Positions 19,479 to 29,625 of a stretch of DNA of 64,000 nt are shown here, piece by piece; position 1 is the first letter of the stretch, and every line of letters starts with the position of its first letter. The position numbers were made by a program, and so were the translations under genes. Below the pieces are notes generated by a model. The model searched no databases, was not told the origin of the DNA, and was given only the letters and a program-made list of their open reading frames with translations. Source of the stretch: Myxococcota bacterium (GTDB lineage: Bacteria; Myxococcota_A; SURF-8; G963677705); contig OY782497.1 in the NCBI GenBank assembly GCA_963677705.1, positions 276,285-340,284 of the forward strand, given 5' to 3'.

Positions 19479-20885
19479 TCAGGGAGTCAGTTCCATTGTA
19501 AGCCGATAAATCATCGTTTCAGCAAATTGCCCATCCTGCCAACCGGGGTCTTCTTCTGTGTCCCAGGGCGAGGAATAGTTGTAGATTTCGTAAAGGCCAC
19601 CCTGGTACGTTACCATATCTGCAAAACAGGTGTCTCCAGCGCTGGGTAGGTCCATGATGTAGCGTACAGACAAGGTTTGAGGATCGACTTCCCACAAACT
19701 GCAACGTTTGGGGCTCTTCCAGTAATCAAGCTGGTACTGCATGGCTTGGTCTTCAAACGAGAGATCCTCTCGACCGAGGTCATAGTTGCCGCTTTCGGTT
19801 ACGTTGCGGCGACCAATGAGCCAAACCCGTCCACCGTGGTAGAAGAGCAGGGGACTATCGTATTTCTTTGGGTCTGTCGCACAGGACCAGGTTCCCAAGT
19901 CGGATGCTTCCGCCCGGCAGATTTTGCTGCCGAATCCGATGTCAGGTTCGCCAGCCTCATTGCGAGACACAGCGACAAGGTCGCCATTGTCAAGAAAAAC
20001 GAAATCGGTTTCACTGATTCCGCCGGAAAGAACAACTTCATGATCTTCCACCACGGCTTGCCATGTTTCGCCATCGGTACTTTTCAGCCAATGAACGTAA
20101 ATCGATTCACCATCCATATCGTAGATGTTCTCACCACCGGTATAAGCGGTCATGTAGGCCGTTTCCCCAATGACTTTGATGCGCCAAGGAATGAAATTGC
20201 CGTCCAGGAAAGGATGGGGCTCGCTCCATTCACCTGGAGCAATGTACTCGATAACCTCGGTTCCCTGGGGATCAAATTCCCACATCTCTGTTCCCAGAAT
20301 AGCATAGTATAGGTAGAGGCGACCTTTGAAGGACAGAAAGCGAGGCTCTCGAACATCCGTTCCTAATCGGATTTCTCCTTCGTAACGCCAGGCGACTTGG
20401 TCCTCACTGGACACGATATACATCACAGTTTCCTCACTCGCGAAATGCCAAGGCCCTGTGCGGAAAGCCAGGAAAACACGGCAGTCATGGACGACCACAC
20501 CGATGTTGTTGTTGGCTTCCTGGGGATTGACATCACGGGGAAGGGCGGAACTAGGGACAAGAATATTCGGGGAACTGAGGCAGGCATCATCAGAGCAGGT
20601 GGCATCTGCAAAGCGATCTTGCAAGGCTTGAGCATTCTTCAATAACGCAGTCTGAAAGGGGCAGGTTTCGATCTGGTTTTCTTCTTCCTGCTCCGATGTC
20701 TCCTGCTCTTGCTCATCACCATCCATCCAATCGCCATCTTCCGAAGAGGAAGTATTATCCGAGTCACTGCAAGCCGTGAACAGCAATACCATCGCCAGAA
20801 GCATGGATAGGGTCAAAGATGGATCGGGTTCCACGATAAGCTCTGATCGCGGCGCTCCCTGTTTTCTGGTAAAAGTCTTACCCAT
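19479..20885 (-). CDS. secreted lipoprotein with an acidic linker (hypothetical; possibly beta-propeller-like)
   Basis: Signal peptide with lipobox LFTAC, then an S/D/E-rich linker and a 400-aa domain rich in aromatic and Gly residues. The ORF is open to 20963. Divergent from the GH5 gene. Confidence 0.55.
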   Translation of the reverse strand: MGKTFTRKQGAPRSELIVEPDPSLTLSMLLAMVLLFTACSDSDNTSSSEDGDWMDGDEQEQETSEQEEENQIETCPFQTALLKNAQALQDRFADATCSDDACLSSPNILVPSSALPRDVNPQEANNNIGVVVHDCRVFLAFRTGPWHFASEETVMYIVSSEDQVAWRYEGEIRLGTDVREPRFLSFKGRLYLYYAILGTEMWEFDPQGTEVIEYIAPGEWSEPHPFLDGNFIPWRIKVIGETAYMTAYTGGENIYDMDGESIYVHWLKSTDGETWQAVVEDHEVVLSGGISETDFVFLDNGDLVAVSRNEAGEPDIGFGSKICRAEASDLGTWSCATDPKKYDSPLLFYHGGRVWLIGRRNVTESGNYDLGREDLSFEDQAMQYQLDYWKSPKRCSLWEVDPQTLSVRYIMDLPSAGDTCFADMVTYQGGLYEIYNYSSPWDTEEDPGWQDGQFAETMIYRLTMELTP

Positions 20886-21236
20886 GTTTACCCCCAAGGT
20901 TTGCCAAGAATAGATTTGTAAGAATATTGTTAAATGATACTGCGTAATACCACGGCTTGGCAAGTTAGAATCTCGTTAAGGCATGGCGCGTTGTGTCGTT
21001 TTACAAGTTGTTGAAAATTCAGGACAATATCCCCGCCTCATTTCATGCTTGCTTTCAGCAAACAGTGGACAAACAGGATTGTTTTGCGCTAAGCTTCTCC
21101 CTGCGTTCGAAATCACACGGACTCGATAGGGCCAGCCTGGTCTTGTGGTTTTGTGCCGCGTCGCTTCTGGTTCCGGTGCTGAAAAAATCGTGTTGTTCTG
21201 ATTCGTGTCGTTTCATGTCCAAAGGAGGGCAATGCA

Positions 21237-23738
21237 ATGAAACACGTCGCCATGCTTTGGCTTGTCGTCTTGGTCCTGAGCATTTCGCTTCTGGGTTGTG
21301 ATGAGCAAGCGCAGACCTTTGAAAGCCAACTCTCGCGGACCCGTGTGGATCTGACCCATTTCCGTGATGAACAAGGGCGTTACGTCCATTTTCGTGGAAC
21401 CAACCTCGGTGGTAGTACCAAGGTGCCCTACGAGGTCAACGCCGATGACCCCCATGATTTCACCTACGTTGGAAGACCTTTCCCTTTGGAAGAGGCCGAT
21501 GCCCGCTTTGAAGCGATGCGTCAGCAGGGCTTCAACTCCATCCGCTTGTTGTTCATGTGGGAATCGGTGACACCGGATAGCCCCGATGACGTGGATGAAG
21601 AGTTCCTGGATTACTTCGAGCAGATCATTGCCAAAGCCAACGAATACGGCATTTACGTGCTGATCAACATGCACGAGAACATGTGGAGCCGCTTCCTGTA
21701 CTCCTATTACAATGAAGATGCCAAAGGAGAGAAGGGCGGCCTGGAAAACATGCTCTGGTCGATGTTCCCCAAAGGGGACTGGCCGGAGACGGTGACCACC
21801 AAGCGGCAGGTTGACGAGATTTATACCGACCGTGTCAAGGGTGATGGAGCGCCTTTCTGGGCGACCAAAGCCTGTCTGCCGGAAAAGAACTTTGATAGTC
21901 CTTACTGGGGGGTTCATCGCTTCGTGGGACGTCTGAAAGGTGACAAGCCGGAAGGCTCGACGGATGCCGACTGGACCTGGTTGGAAAAAGACTTCCTGCG
22001 TATCACCTGGACGGCCTTGCTTGGCTACATGGAAATTGAGGAACAAACCGCCGAGCAGATTGAATCCATGCTGCGGGAAATCAATACCAAATTGCCACCC
22101 GATGGTTTTGAACTGAAAGACACCACGGACTTCCTGCCCTGGACCTTCTGGGGAACGAATGTCGCCTTGAGTCTGGATGTGGAACGCTGCTACGCGGCTT
22201 TCTTCGCCGGGGAGGATGTCTATCCGGGGATGATGGTCGATGATGCCGGAGCGGTAAGCTTTGTTGATCCTGCCGATGATGCCGCCAAACAGGGCAAAGA
22301 GAGCGTAGAAGAATACCTGCAAAAAGGGTACGAGCGCGCCTGGGTGGAAGTCGCCAAGCGGGCGGCCAAGTATCCCAACGTGATCGGCTACGACATCATG
22401 AACGAACCGACCAGCGTGTTTATCGTGCTGGCGGTCAGTGCGGCTTATTTCCAATTGCTGGAAGGCAGCGTGCAGGGGATCTTGGAAGGTCTTCTTGGCT
22501 CCGATCCCATCATCGGCGAGACAACCGTCGGGCGCTATGCCTTGGATATTCTCAAAGCGATGCAGATCCTCCCACCGACCAAAGACCAACTCATTCCCAA
22601 GGATCTTGCCGAAGAGGATGATGAGGGCAACACCGTCTGTAGCTCGGATGAATGCAAGGCGGAGTGGGACGCCATCTGGGAGCAGACCCAGAAAGACTGG
22701 GGCTTCTATGGGGCTGACTTGATGAAGATGGTGGGCCTGAACAGCGGTTTCGGGAAAAATTACCTCAAACCCTTGTATGAGCGTGTCGGCGCGGCGATCA
22801 TGAATGTAGACCCTAACGCCGTGATCTGGCTGGAACCGGCCTTCAGCCCGGATATGCTGCTTGGTGGCGAAGGGGGAGGCTTGGGTGGCATGTGGCAGAA
22901 TTACATGCCGCTGCCGGACTTGGATGTGCCGATGGTCTATAGCCCGCACTGGTATCCGGACATCTACCCCAACCTTGGCTTCAATCAACCCCCCAGAATT
23001 TACCGACCTGATGAATTCAGCTACCGTGATTATTCCGAGAACCTGGCCGAGAAGGCCGATTACTCGGTCTTCGCGCTGGAAAACGTTCCCGTAGTCTTTG
23101 GCGAGTTCGGCACCTACTGGAATTACCGCTACACGACGGAAGAGGATCAGACCAAACCCGGTTATCAGCAGAGCCGTGAAAATAACTACAAGATCAGCGC
23201 GGAGATTCTGGATAACTACTACGAAGCGTTTGAATCGCTGTTCATGAGTAACATGGTCTGGTGCTATACCACGGACAACGATCCGAAATACGGCGACCTG
23301 TGGAACCACGAGGACTTCAGTATCGTCGATGAAAACGTGCAGCCCCGCGGGGCCGAAGCCTGGATGCGGCCTTATCCCAAGGCTCTCTCCGGAAAACCGA
23401 TCAGCACCCATTTCTATGGCCCCTTGCATTACTTCGATCCGGACAAAGGCAAACCCAACGCCCTGCGGGAATTCGACCTGGTCTTTGCCAGCAAGGAAAC
23501 CGACGCTCCGACCATCATCTATGTGCCGGATCTTCAATACCCTGACGGGTTCTACGTCTGGTTGTCCGATGGCTGGGCGGCCTGGGACGGTGAACATCAG
23601 GAACTGTATTACCATCCAACCAACGACGACCCGGATTGCGAACACCACGTAACCATCCGTCCGCCCATTGATGGGCAGGAGATTGAAGGCTGGAAGTATT
23701 TCATCGACAACAACGACATGGTGCTGACGGGCCGTTGA
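21237..23738 (+). CDS. glycoside hydrolase family 5 (cellulase-superfamily) lipoprotein
   Basis: Lipobox SLLGC. GH5 catalytic acid motif IMNEP and nucleophile motif FGEFG. 833 aa. Confidence 0.75.
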   Translation: MKHVAMLWLVVLVLSISLLGCDEQAQTFESQLSRTRVDLTHFRDEQGRYVHFRGTNLGGSTKVPYEVNADDPHDFTYVGRPFPLEEADARFEAMRQQGFNSIRLLFMWESVTPDSPDDVDEEFLDYFEQIIAKANEYGIYVLINMHENMWSRFLYSYYNEDAKGEKGGLENMLWSMFPKGDWPETVTTKRQVDEIYTDRVKGDGAPFWATKACLPEKNFDSPYWGVHRFVGRLKGDKPEGSTDADWTWLEKDFLRITWTALLGYMEIEEQTAEQIESMLREINTKLPPDGFELKDTTDFLPWTFWGTNVALSLDVERCYAAFFAGEDVYPGMMVDDAGAVSFVDPADDAAKQGKESVEEYLQKGYERAWVEVAKRAAKYPNVIGYDIMNEPTSVFIVLAVSAAYFQLLEGSVQGILEGLLGSDPIIGETTVGRYALDILKAMQILPPTKDQLIPKDLAEEDDEGNTVCSSDECKAEWDAIWEQTQKDWGFYGADLMKMVGLNSGFGKNYLKPLYERVGAAIMNVDPNAVIWLEPAFSPDMLLGGEGGGLGGMWQNYMPLPDLDVPMVYSPHWYPDIYPNLGFNQPPRIYRPDEFSYRDYSENLAEKADYSVFALENVPVVFGEFGTYWNYRYTTEEDQTKPGYQQSRENNYKISAEILDNYYEAFESLFMSNMVWCYTTDNDPKYGDLWNHEDFSIVDENVQPRGAEAWMRPYPKALSGKPISTHFYGPLHYFDPDKGKPNALREFDLVFASKETDAPTIIYVPDLQYPDGFYVWLSDGWAAWDGEHQELYYHPTNDDPDCEHHVTIRPPIDGQEIEGWKYFIDNNDMVLTGR

Positions 23739-23772
23739 TCGGCGCGACAGGTCACGATAAGGAGGTTACCTC

Positions 23773-25335
23773 ATGAAACCCATGATTACCTTGCTCGCTT
23801 CGCTCGTGCTGTCGCTTGTCGTCGTTGCACCGGCGTTTGCCCAAGAAACTGCGGCTCCCGTTTCTGACGAAGAGCCCACAAACGATGTTAACCCCGCGGA
23901 ACCGATGGCGCAGCCTACGGTGGCTCCGGCTGCCGACGTGGCTCCGGCTCAACCATCCCAACCGGTGGCTCCTTCGCAGCCTGAAGCGGCAGCGAAGCAA
24001 GGAGAGTTGCGTCTGGAAGCAAGCCTCGGCGAGAGCGAGCCGCCTGCCGAAGCGGCTACATCGCTGGAGGAACCCAAGGAAGGAACGCTTCAGGCCAGCC
24101 TTGAGTTTCATGCCAAACTGCAAACCATCATGGTGCTGAAAAACGACAACGACTTTGATAGCACCCGTCCCTACTACAATAAGAACGGACAGACCGTCGG
24201 CAATCTGGGTACCTTCTTCCAACCTCGCCTGGTCTTGAGCCCTATGAAGAACCTGCGCCTGGTCTGGGAGATGGAACTGGGCTTGAATCTGTGGAGTCGC
24301 AACAACCCCGACCGTTACGAAACGGGGAACTTCGATTCCTTTCTACTCGCTCAGCGGGAACTCTACACCGAAGGTTCTTTTGTGGATGGATTGGTCGGGT
24401 TCAAAGTGGGCTATCAGGAATTCCGTGATCCCACCGGACTGTTCCTCGGTCATTGGATCGGTGCGGCCAGTTTCATCAGTGATGCCACATGGGCCAAGTT
24501 TACCCTCAGTGGAGGACAGCTCCCCGATCAGACCGCTGAAGGCGTGGGCTTGGAAGCCAACAATTTCCGACGGGATACTTTTTTCTACGGCTTCCGCGTG
24601 GACGTGCCTATGGCCGAATGGATGCTCTCCGTTGGTCTTTACGGCCTGCATGATACGCAGATTGTGGACCAGACTTTGCAGCTTTACACCCCCAGTTTGC
24701 GTGTGAGCGGTGATTACCAGTGGATCAAGTTCGGTTTGGATCTCGCCTTTCAGGGAGGTACCGCCGATGACAGCGCCAACGAAGACGATGAGAGCATCAC
24801 CGCCTGGGCCAGTCAGGCCTTTGTGGAATTCGATGAATACGACTTCGCCGGAGGCTTTAATCTTTTGATGCTCAGCGCCGATGACGCTACGGACCGCAAC
24901 CCCTCGAACCACGGCTTTTTCTATAGCGGAAAATCCCGCAGCCGGACGATTATGCTCACCGAGGATGAAATCCGCGATCGTGGTGCGAATCTTGATGAAG
25001 CCATTGGCGAGGAACGAGGCGCGTTCAAGGTGATACGCCCCGGTTTGGTTGTGGTGGATGGCTGGATGTCCTATGACGTGGCGGATGTCTTCCGACCGGC
25101 CTTGATTGTCGGTGCCGGAATGGTGCTGGAACCGGAAAACGCGCTGGATGGAACGATGATTGGAATCGAAGCGGATCTTGATCTGGAACTGTACTACAAA
25201 GAAATGCTTTCCTTCCATCTGATCGGTGGCTTGTTGATTCCGGGAAGTGCCGGAGCAGCCTTTGTCAACCTGAGCGATCGTGAGGCGACCAACACGCAAT
25301 ACATGCTGGAAACCTCGCTGTCGGTGATGTTCTAA
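23773..25335 (+). CDS. outer-membrane beta-barrel protein (porin-like)
   Basis: Signal peptide ending AFAQE. A Pro/Ala-rich linker is followed by alternating hydrophobic beta-strand patterns, and the protein ends with a C-terminal Phe (SLSVMF). Tightly linked to the GH5 and symporter genes. Confidence 0.55.
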   Translation: MKPMITLLASLVLSLVVVAPAFAQETAAPVSDEEPTNDVNPAEPMAQPTVAPAADVAPAQPSQPVAPSQPEAAAKQGELRLEASLGESEPPAEAATSLEEPKEGTLQASLEFHAKLQTIMVLKNDNDFDSTRPYYNKNGQTVGNLGTFFQPRLVLSPMKNLRLVWEMELGLNLWSRNNPDRYETGNFDSFLLAQRELYTEGSFVDGLVGFKVGYQEFRDPTGLFLGHWIGAASFISDATWAKFTLSGGQLPDQTAEGVGLEANNFRRDTFFYGFRVDVPMAEWMLSVGLYGLHDTQIVDQTLQLYTPSLRVSGDYQWIKFGLDLAFQGGTADDSANEDDESITAWASQAFVEFDEYDFAGGFNLLMLSADDATDRNPSNHGFFYSGKSRSRTIMLTEDEIRDRGANLDEAIGEERGAFKVIRPGLVVVDGWMSYDVADVFRPALIVGAGMVLEPENALDGTMIGIEADLDLELYYKEMLSFHLIGGLLIPGSAGAAFVNLSDREATNTQYMLETSLSVMF

Positions 25336-25390
25336 TGGGCCGGGGCGACCAGGATCGCCCCGTTGTTGTTCTCTTGAAGGAGTTGTTTCG

Positions 25391-27049
25391 ATGACCCACG
25401 CTATTTCGCTTTCCTTCATTGACTGGTTGGTCATTGCTCTGTATTTCGGGGCAATCATCGGCATCGGTTTTTATCTCAAACGCTTTGCGGGCAGCAGCGA
25501 GGATTTCTTCATCGCCGGGCGTCGCAACAGTGCCTGGGTTGCCGGACTGGCCTTCGTTTCCGCCAACCTCGGCGCCCTGGAAATTCTGGGCTGGACCGGA
25601 GGGACCGTCAAATACGGGATGTTTGTCTCCCATTTCTACTGGATCGGTGCCATCCCTGCAATGATCTTCCTCGGCCTGTATATGATGCCGTTTTACTATT
25701 CGAGCAAGATCCACTCCATACCGGGCTACCTGCTCTTACGATTCGATGAGAAAAACAGGTTGCTTAACGCCGCCAGTTTCGCGGTGATGACCGTATTGAT
25801 GAGCGGCATCAACCTCTACCTGATGGCGGTGGTCTTTCACATCGTCTTGGGGTGGAACATGCACCTGTCCATCTGGGTTTCGGCAGCGGCAGTGGCTGCT
25901 TACATTACCTTGGGCGGCTTGCTTTCGGCCATTTTGACCGAGATCGTTCAGTTCTTCCTTATCTGGTTCGGCCTGTTCCTGGTCGCCATTCTCGGTCTGG
26001 TGGAAGTGGGTGGTTTGGACCAATTGCTTTCCAGTGTGCCGCAGCAGATGAGCAGCCTCTGGGCTACGGCGGGAGATCCTACGGCCAACGGCATGGGGGT
26101 TACCTGGTTGGGAATCGTCCTGGGCTTGGGCTTCGTGTTGAGCTTCGGTTATTGGACCACGGACTTTCTCATCGTTCAGCGAGCCTTTTCGGCCAAAGAC
26201 CTGCAAGCCGCACGCAACACCCCAATCATTGCCAGCTTCTTCAAAATGGCCCTGCCTTTCATCGTTGTGATTGCCGGTCTTGTTGCCTGGAAGCTCTCTC
26301 AGCAAGGGGATCTGGTGTTCATGGAGAAGGACGGAAAAATCTGGTATGACTCCGCCCTGCCGATGCTCATTGCCCGCTACTATCCTCATGGTCTGATTGG
26401 TCTGGGGATCACCGCGCTTCTTGCCGGGTTCATGGCCGGACAGGCGGGAAACGTCAGTGCTTTCAACACCGTATGGACCTATGACATCTACCGTGCGGTG
26501 ATCAACAAAGATGCCAGCGATGAACATCTGGTGTGGATGGGTCGCGTGACCACCATCGTCGGGATTTTCCTCAGTATCATCACCGCCTATTGGGCGATGA
26601 AGTTTGAATCCATCATGGATTACATCCAAGCCATTTTCAGTTGGGTCAACGCGCCCTTGTTCGCCACCATGCTGTTGGGTATGTTCTGGAAGCGGACCAC
26701 CAGCGCCGGTGCGTTCTGGGGCTTGTTGACGGGTATGGGAACCAGCTTCTTCCTCTTCTTGGCCCTGCGCTTCAAGTGGATTCCCGCTGCCGTCGTGACG
26801 CTGTCCGATCACCCCTCGGATATGGCGGAAAACCTCTGGCGTGCCTGGTGGGCCTGGATTGTGACCTTGATTCTAACCATCGCGATCAGTTTGGTGACCA
26901 AACCCAAGCCTGATGCGGAACTGCAAGGCCTGGTCAAAGGCTTGACGCCCAAGGCGGATTTGTCTTCGGTACCGATGATCCGTCGTCCTGAACTTTGGGC
27001 GGCGATCAGCCTTGCAGTCGCCATCGCGTTGAACATCTATTTCTGGTAA
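25391..27049 (+). CDS. sodium:solute symporter (SSS family)
   Basis: About 13 TM helices and SSS signature regions (GRRNSAWVAG, the typical N-terminal layout). 552 aa. Confidence 0.85.
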   Translation: MTHAISLSFIDWLVIALYFGAIIGIGFYLKRFAGSSEDFFIAGRRNSAWVAGLAFVSANLGALEILGWTGGTVKYGMFVSHFYWIGAIPAMIFLGLYMMPFYYSSKIHSIPGYLLLRFDEKNRLLNAASFAVMTVLMSGINLYLMAVVFHIVLGWNMHLSIWVSAAAVAAYITLGGLLSAILTEIVQFFLIWFGLFLVAILGLVEVGGLDQLLSSVPQQMSSLWATAGDPTANGMGVTWLGIVLGLGFVLSFGYWTTDFLIVQRAFSAKDLQAARNTPIIASFFKMALPFIVVIAGLVAWKLSQQGDLVFMEKDGKIWYDSALPMLIARYYPHGLIGLGITALLAGFMAGQAGNVSAFNTVWTYDIYRAVINKDASDEHLVWMGRVTTIVGIFLSIITAYWAMKFESIMDYIQAIFSWVNAPLFATMLLGMFWKRTTSAGAFWGLLTGMGTSFFLFLALRFKWIPAAVVTLSDHPSDMAENLWRAWWAWIVTLILTIAISLVTKPKPDAELQGLVKGLTPKADLSSVPMIRRPELWAAISLAVAIALNIYFW

Positions 27050-27060
27050 GGAGGCAAGCG

Positions 27061-27318
27061 ATGAACAAACCCCAAGAGCCTGCGGCTGTTGAAAAAAAAG
27101 AAGAGATGATTTCCATTTGGTTTTGGGTGGCCGTGGTCTTGCTCACCTACGGTCTGATCCTCGTCGGTTATGGAATCTACTATGCAATCCATCCGGAAAC
27201 CGTGACGGCAACCCATGAGTTGAACCCCAACCTCTGGTGGGGAGCAATCATGGTCGTGGCGGGAGGATTTTTCTTTGTTGCGGCTCGGAAGGAGAAACAA
27301 GGTAAGGCGAAAACCTAA
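27061..27318 (+). CDS. small two-TM membrane protein (symporter-associated small subunit-like)
   Basis: 85 aa with two hydrophobic helices, lying 12 nt downstream of the SSS gene. AGGAGG RBS. Confidence 0.45.
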   Translation: MNKPQEPAAVEKKEEMISIWFWVAVVLLTYGLILVGYGIYYAIHPETVTATHELNPNLWWGAIMVVAGGFFFVAARKEKQGKAKT

Positions 27319-27951
27319 GCAACTATTGCCCTCGACTTGAGTTGGGCAACCGACCGAGCCCCCGATCCGTCGTCAGGCGGGCCATGAATTTCATGGTCCG
27401 CTTTTCTACGTTTTACGACTCTGCGTGTCAGGTGCTGGAGAGCTTGTTTTATCTGGCCCGCTGACGACGCCTTGCCCACGCGACCCGCGAGGGATGACCA
27501 TCCCTCGCGGACCCACCTTGCCCGCGCCTTGGAAACCCGAAGGGGTTTCAAAGGCGTTTCGGCGAGCCTGGGGATGAACGGAGCGAGTGAGGGGAACGTC
27601 TGCGTTGTGTTGTCGTGCGTGCATGGAACGTTGCAAAAAGGCCCGCCGAAACCATGCCGTCCACTGGGAAGGCCTTGATAGTTTCATCATCGCAGCAAGA
27701 CGGCATGGCGGGCAAGATGGGTGGGCTCCCGCCGGAGCCCGTCGCGTGGGCAAGGGGAGGGTTCCCCTCCGATCGGGGGCGGTGGGGGATCGTCCCCCGC
27801 CGGTGGCATTGCTTCGAGATCGTGTGGCAACACCTCGCTTGCATACAATGGCAATGGCGTGAAGGCCGGGGAACCCCTGCGTGTCCCTTGTGCATCCAGG
27901 GAAATGGAGGAAGTGCCGAAACGGAAGCCGTTTTGATCGTGCAGGACTCGC

Positions 27952-29625
27952 TTACTTTTCCTTGTCTAACCTGACCACCGAGTACAAGGGAACGCCCCAG
28001 ACTTTGCGGGTGAACAAACCCGGATAACTCCGGTACTCGTTATAGAGTTTCGGGTAATGGTCCCAGCGCCGTTCATGGGTCAGCACGAGGAAATCGGCCT
28101 TTTTCATGGAGCGGATTTCAATGTCGCGGCGCAAGGTTCCATCACGGTGATACCAGCCCCAGGTGCGCCGATATTCCACCACATTGGGTTCAAACCACAC
28201 CTTGCGGTTGGGTTCCATCTGCTCGTTGAAAAAGTCGATGGTCGGACGATAGGCCATGTCGTAGTATTGGCGCTCAAAGCCTTTCTCCGTCGCACCGGGA
28301 AGGTTTCCGGCAAGCTCCCCGTAATAGCTGAGCAGGAAGGGGTAGGTCCGTACCATGCCGATGGTTCCTGGAAGGAGCAAAAAGAAGGCGAGGATCAAAG
28401 CTACGGAAGGTTTGAACCAAAGCTCTTTCTGGGTCAGAAGGGCCAACTGCTTGAGAAAGAAGGTGAAGCCGACTCCGACAAGAATGGCGATGAAGGGGAA
28501 GGCCGGTTGCCAAAGTTTGACGCCGCCGTATTTGGGAACATGATTGAAGGCAACAACGCTGATCGCAAACAGGGCGTTGACCGCCACCAGCATCAGTTTA
28601 TCGTTGCGTTCGTTGATCGCGTGGGGATGCAGGATATTTTTCGGGCGAAGTGGCCAGCATCCGGCAATGAACCCGGCAAGGCAGAGAAGGAGCAAGACCA
28701 GAGGCAGGCAGAAGGCGGTCATCACGAAAGGCTCGTGCCAGGGGGCGAAGTTATTGTTGTAAATATCCCCGAAGTAGAGCAGGCGGATACCGTAGTGATA
28801 AAAGTGGAATTTGAAGTAGAAAACCAGCCTATCCAGAGTTTCAAACCAGATCCAGGGCCAGATGATCACGAAAACCGGAAAGCTGAGCAAGGCCATGCTC
28901 AGACCGGTGGTCACCATCTTGCGGATGGGAATCTGTTTCGGTTTGTTCAATCGAATCCACTGGTTGAGTTTGTAAAACCAATAGACCAGTAAAGGAAGTA
29001 CCACGAAGGGGGCGTTGAGTTTGGTGCCCATCGCCAACCCGTAGATGATACCGGCCAGCACCACCCAAAGGCGGCTTGTTTCGGCTCGCCAGACGGCATA
29101 GACGACAAAGAAGGTCATCGCCGATACGGCAAGATCCAGAGTCGGAACGTGCATGTGAAAGAAGGTTCGGGGGAACAAGAGCAGGGCGGCAGCCGCCATA
29201 TGGGCCGCAGGGAAGCCCCAGATAGTGGCGGTAAAATGAAAGACCAGGAAAACGAGCAAGGCCGCAAGGGCAAAGATTCCCGTGCGTCCTGCGTCAATCT
29301 GGCCTAAAAGCCCGGTCCATTTGTGAAAGACCAGCCATCCGGCACCGATCATCCATTTGGCCAGGGGGGGATGCTCATGGTTGGCGCGAAAGCCACGCTT
29401 GATGCCTTGGGCGCTAAACTCTTTGAAGTCCCCTTTGACCACGCCCTGGACGGCTCGCTCGGCCCAACTGGCATATTGAACCCCGGCAGGGACATAGAAA
29501 TCGTCGTCATCGGTCATGCCCATATCATCCAGGGTCATACCGAGCAGGAAGAGGGTGATCCCCGCCCAGACCAAAGCCCAGCAGAAGCGTTGGTGTTCCT
29601 TCACCCAGGTAGAAAGTACCTTCAT
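27952..29625 (-). CDS. GT-C fold membrane glycosyltransferase (ArnT/PMT-like, GT39/GT83-type)
   Basis: 557 aa with more than 11 TM helices. An acidic DDDD/DE motif sits in the first periplasmic loop after TM1, and the overall architecture resembles PMT/ArnT. Confidence 0.5.
   Translation of the reverse strand: MKVLSTWVKEHQRFCWALVWAGITLFLLGMTLDDMGMTDDDDFYVPAGVQYASWAERAVQGVVKGDFKEFSAQGIKRGFRANHEHPPLAKWMIGAGWLVFHKWTGLLGQIDAGRTGIFALAALLVFLVFHFTATIWGFPAAHMAAAALLLFPRTFFHMHVPTLDLAVSAMTFFVVYAVWRAETSRLWVVLAGIIYGLAMGTKLNAPFVVLPLLVYWFYKLNQWIRLNKPKQIPIRKMVTTGLSMALLSFPVFVIIWPWIWFETLDRLVFYFKFHFYHYGIRLLYFGDIYNNNFAPWHEPFVMTAFCLPLVLLLLCLAGFIAGCWPLRPKNILHPHAINERNDKLMLVAVNALFAISVVAFNHVPKYGGVKLWQPAFPFIAILVGVGFTFFLKQLALLTQKELWFKPSVALILAFFLLLPGTIGMVRTYPFLLSYYGELAGNLPGATEKGFERQYYDMAYRPTIDFFNEQMEPNRKVWFEPNVVEYRRTWGWYHRDGTLRRDIEIRSMKKADFLVLTHERRWDHYPKLYNEYRSYPGLFTRKVWGVPLYSVVRLDKEK

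Noticed and set aside
21213-23648. 811-aa ORF on the minus strand
   Set aside because: Exactly antisense to the GH5 gene, which carries clear NEP/GEFG motifs. Long antisense ORFs are expected at about 58% GC. The same logic rejects 24343..25464(-), 25736..26812(-), 28057..28992(+), 30920..32191(-), 33020..33946(-), 33956..34828(-), 36013..37161(+), 52009..52995(-), 54152..55339(-), 55177..57015(-), 60621..62351(-) and 62302..63777(-).
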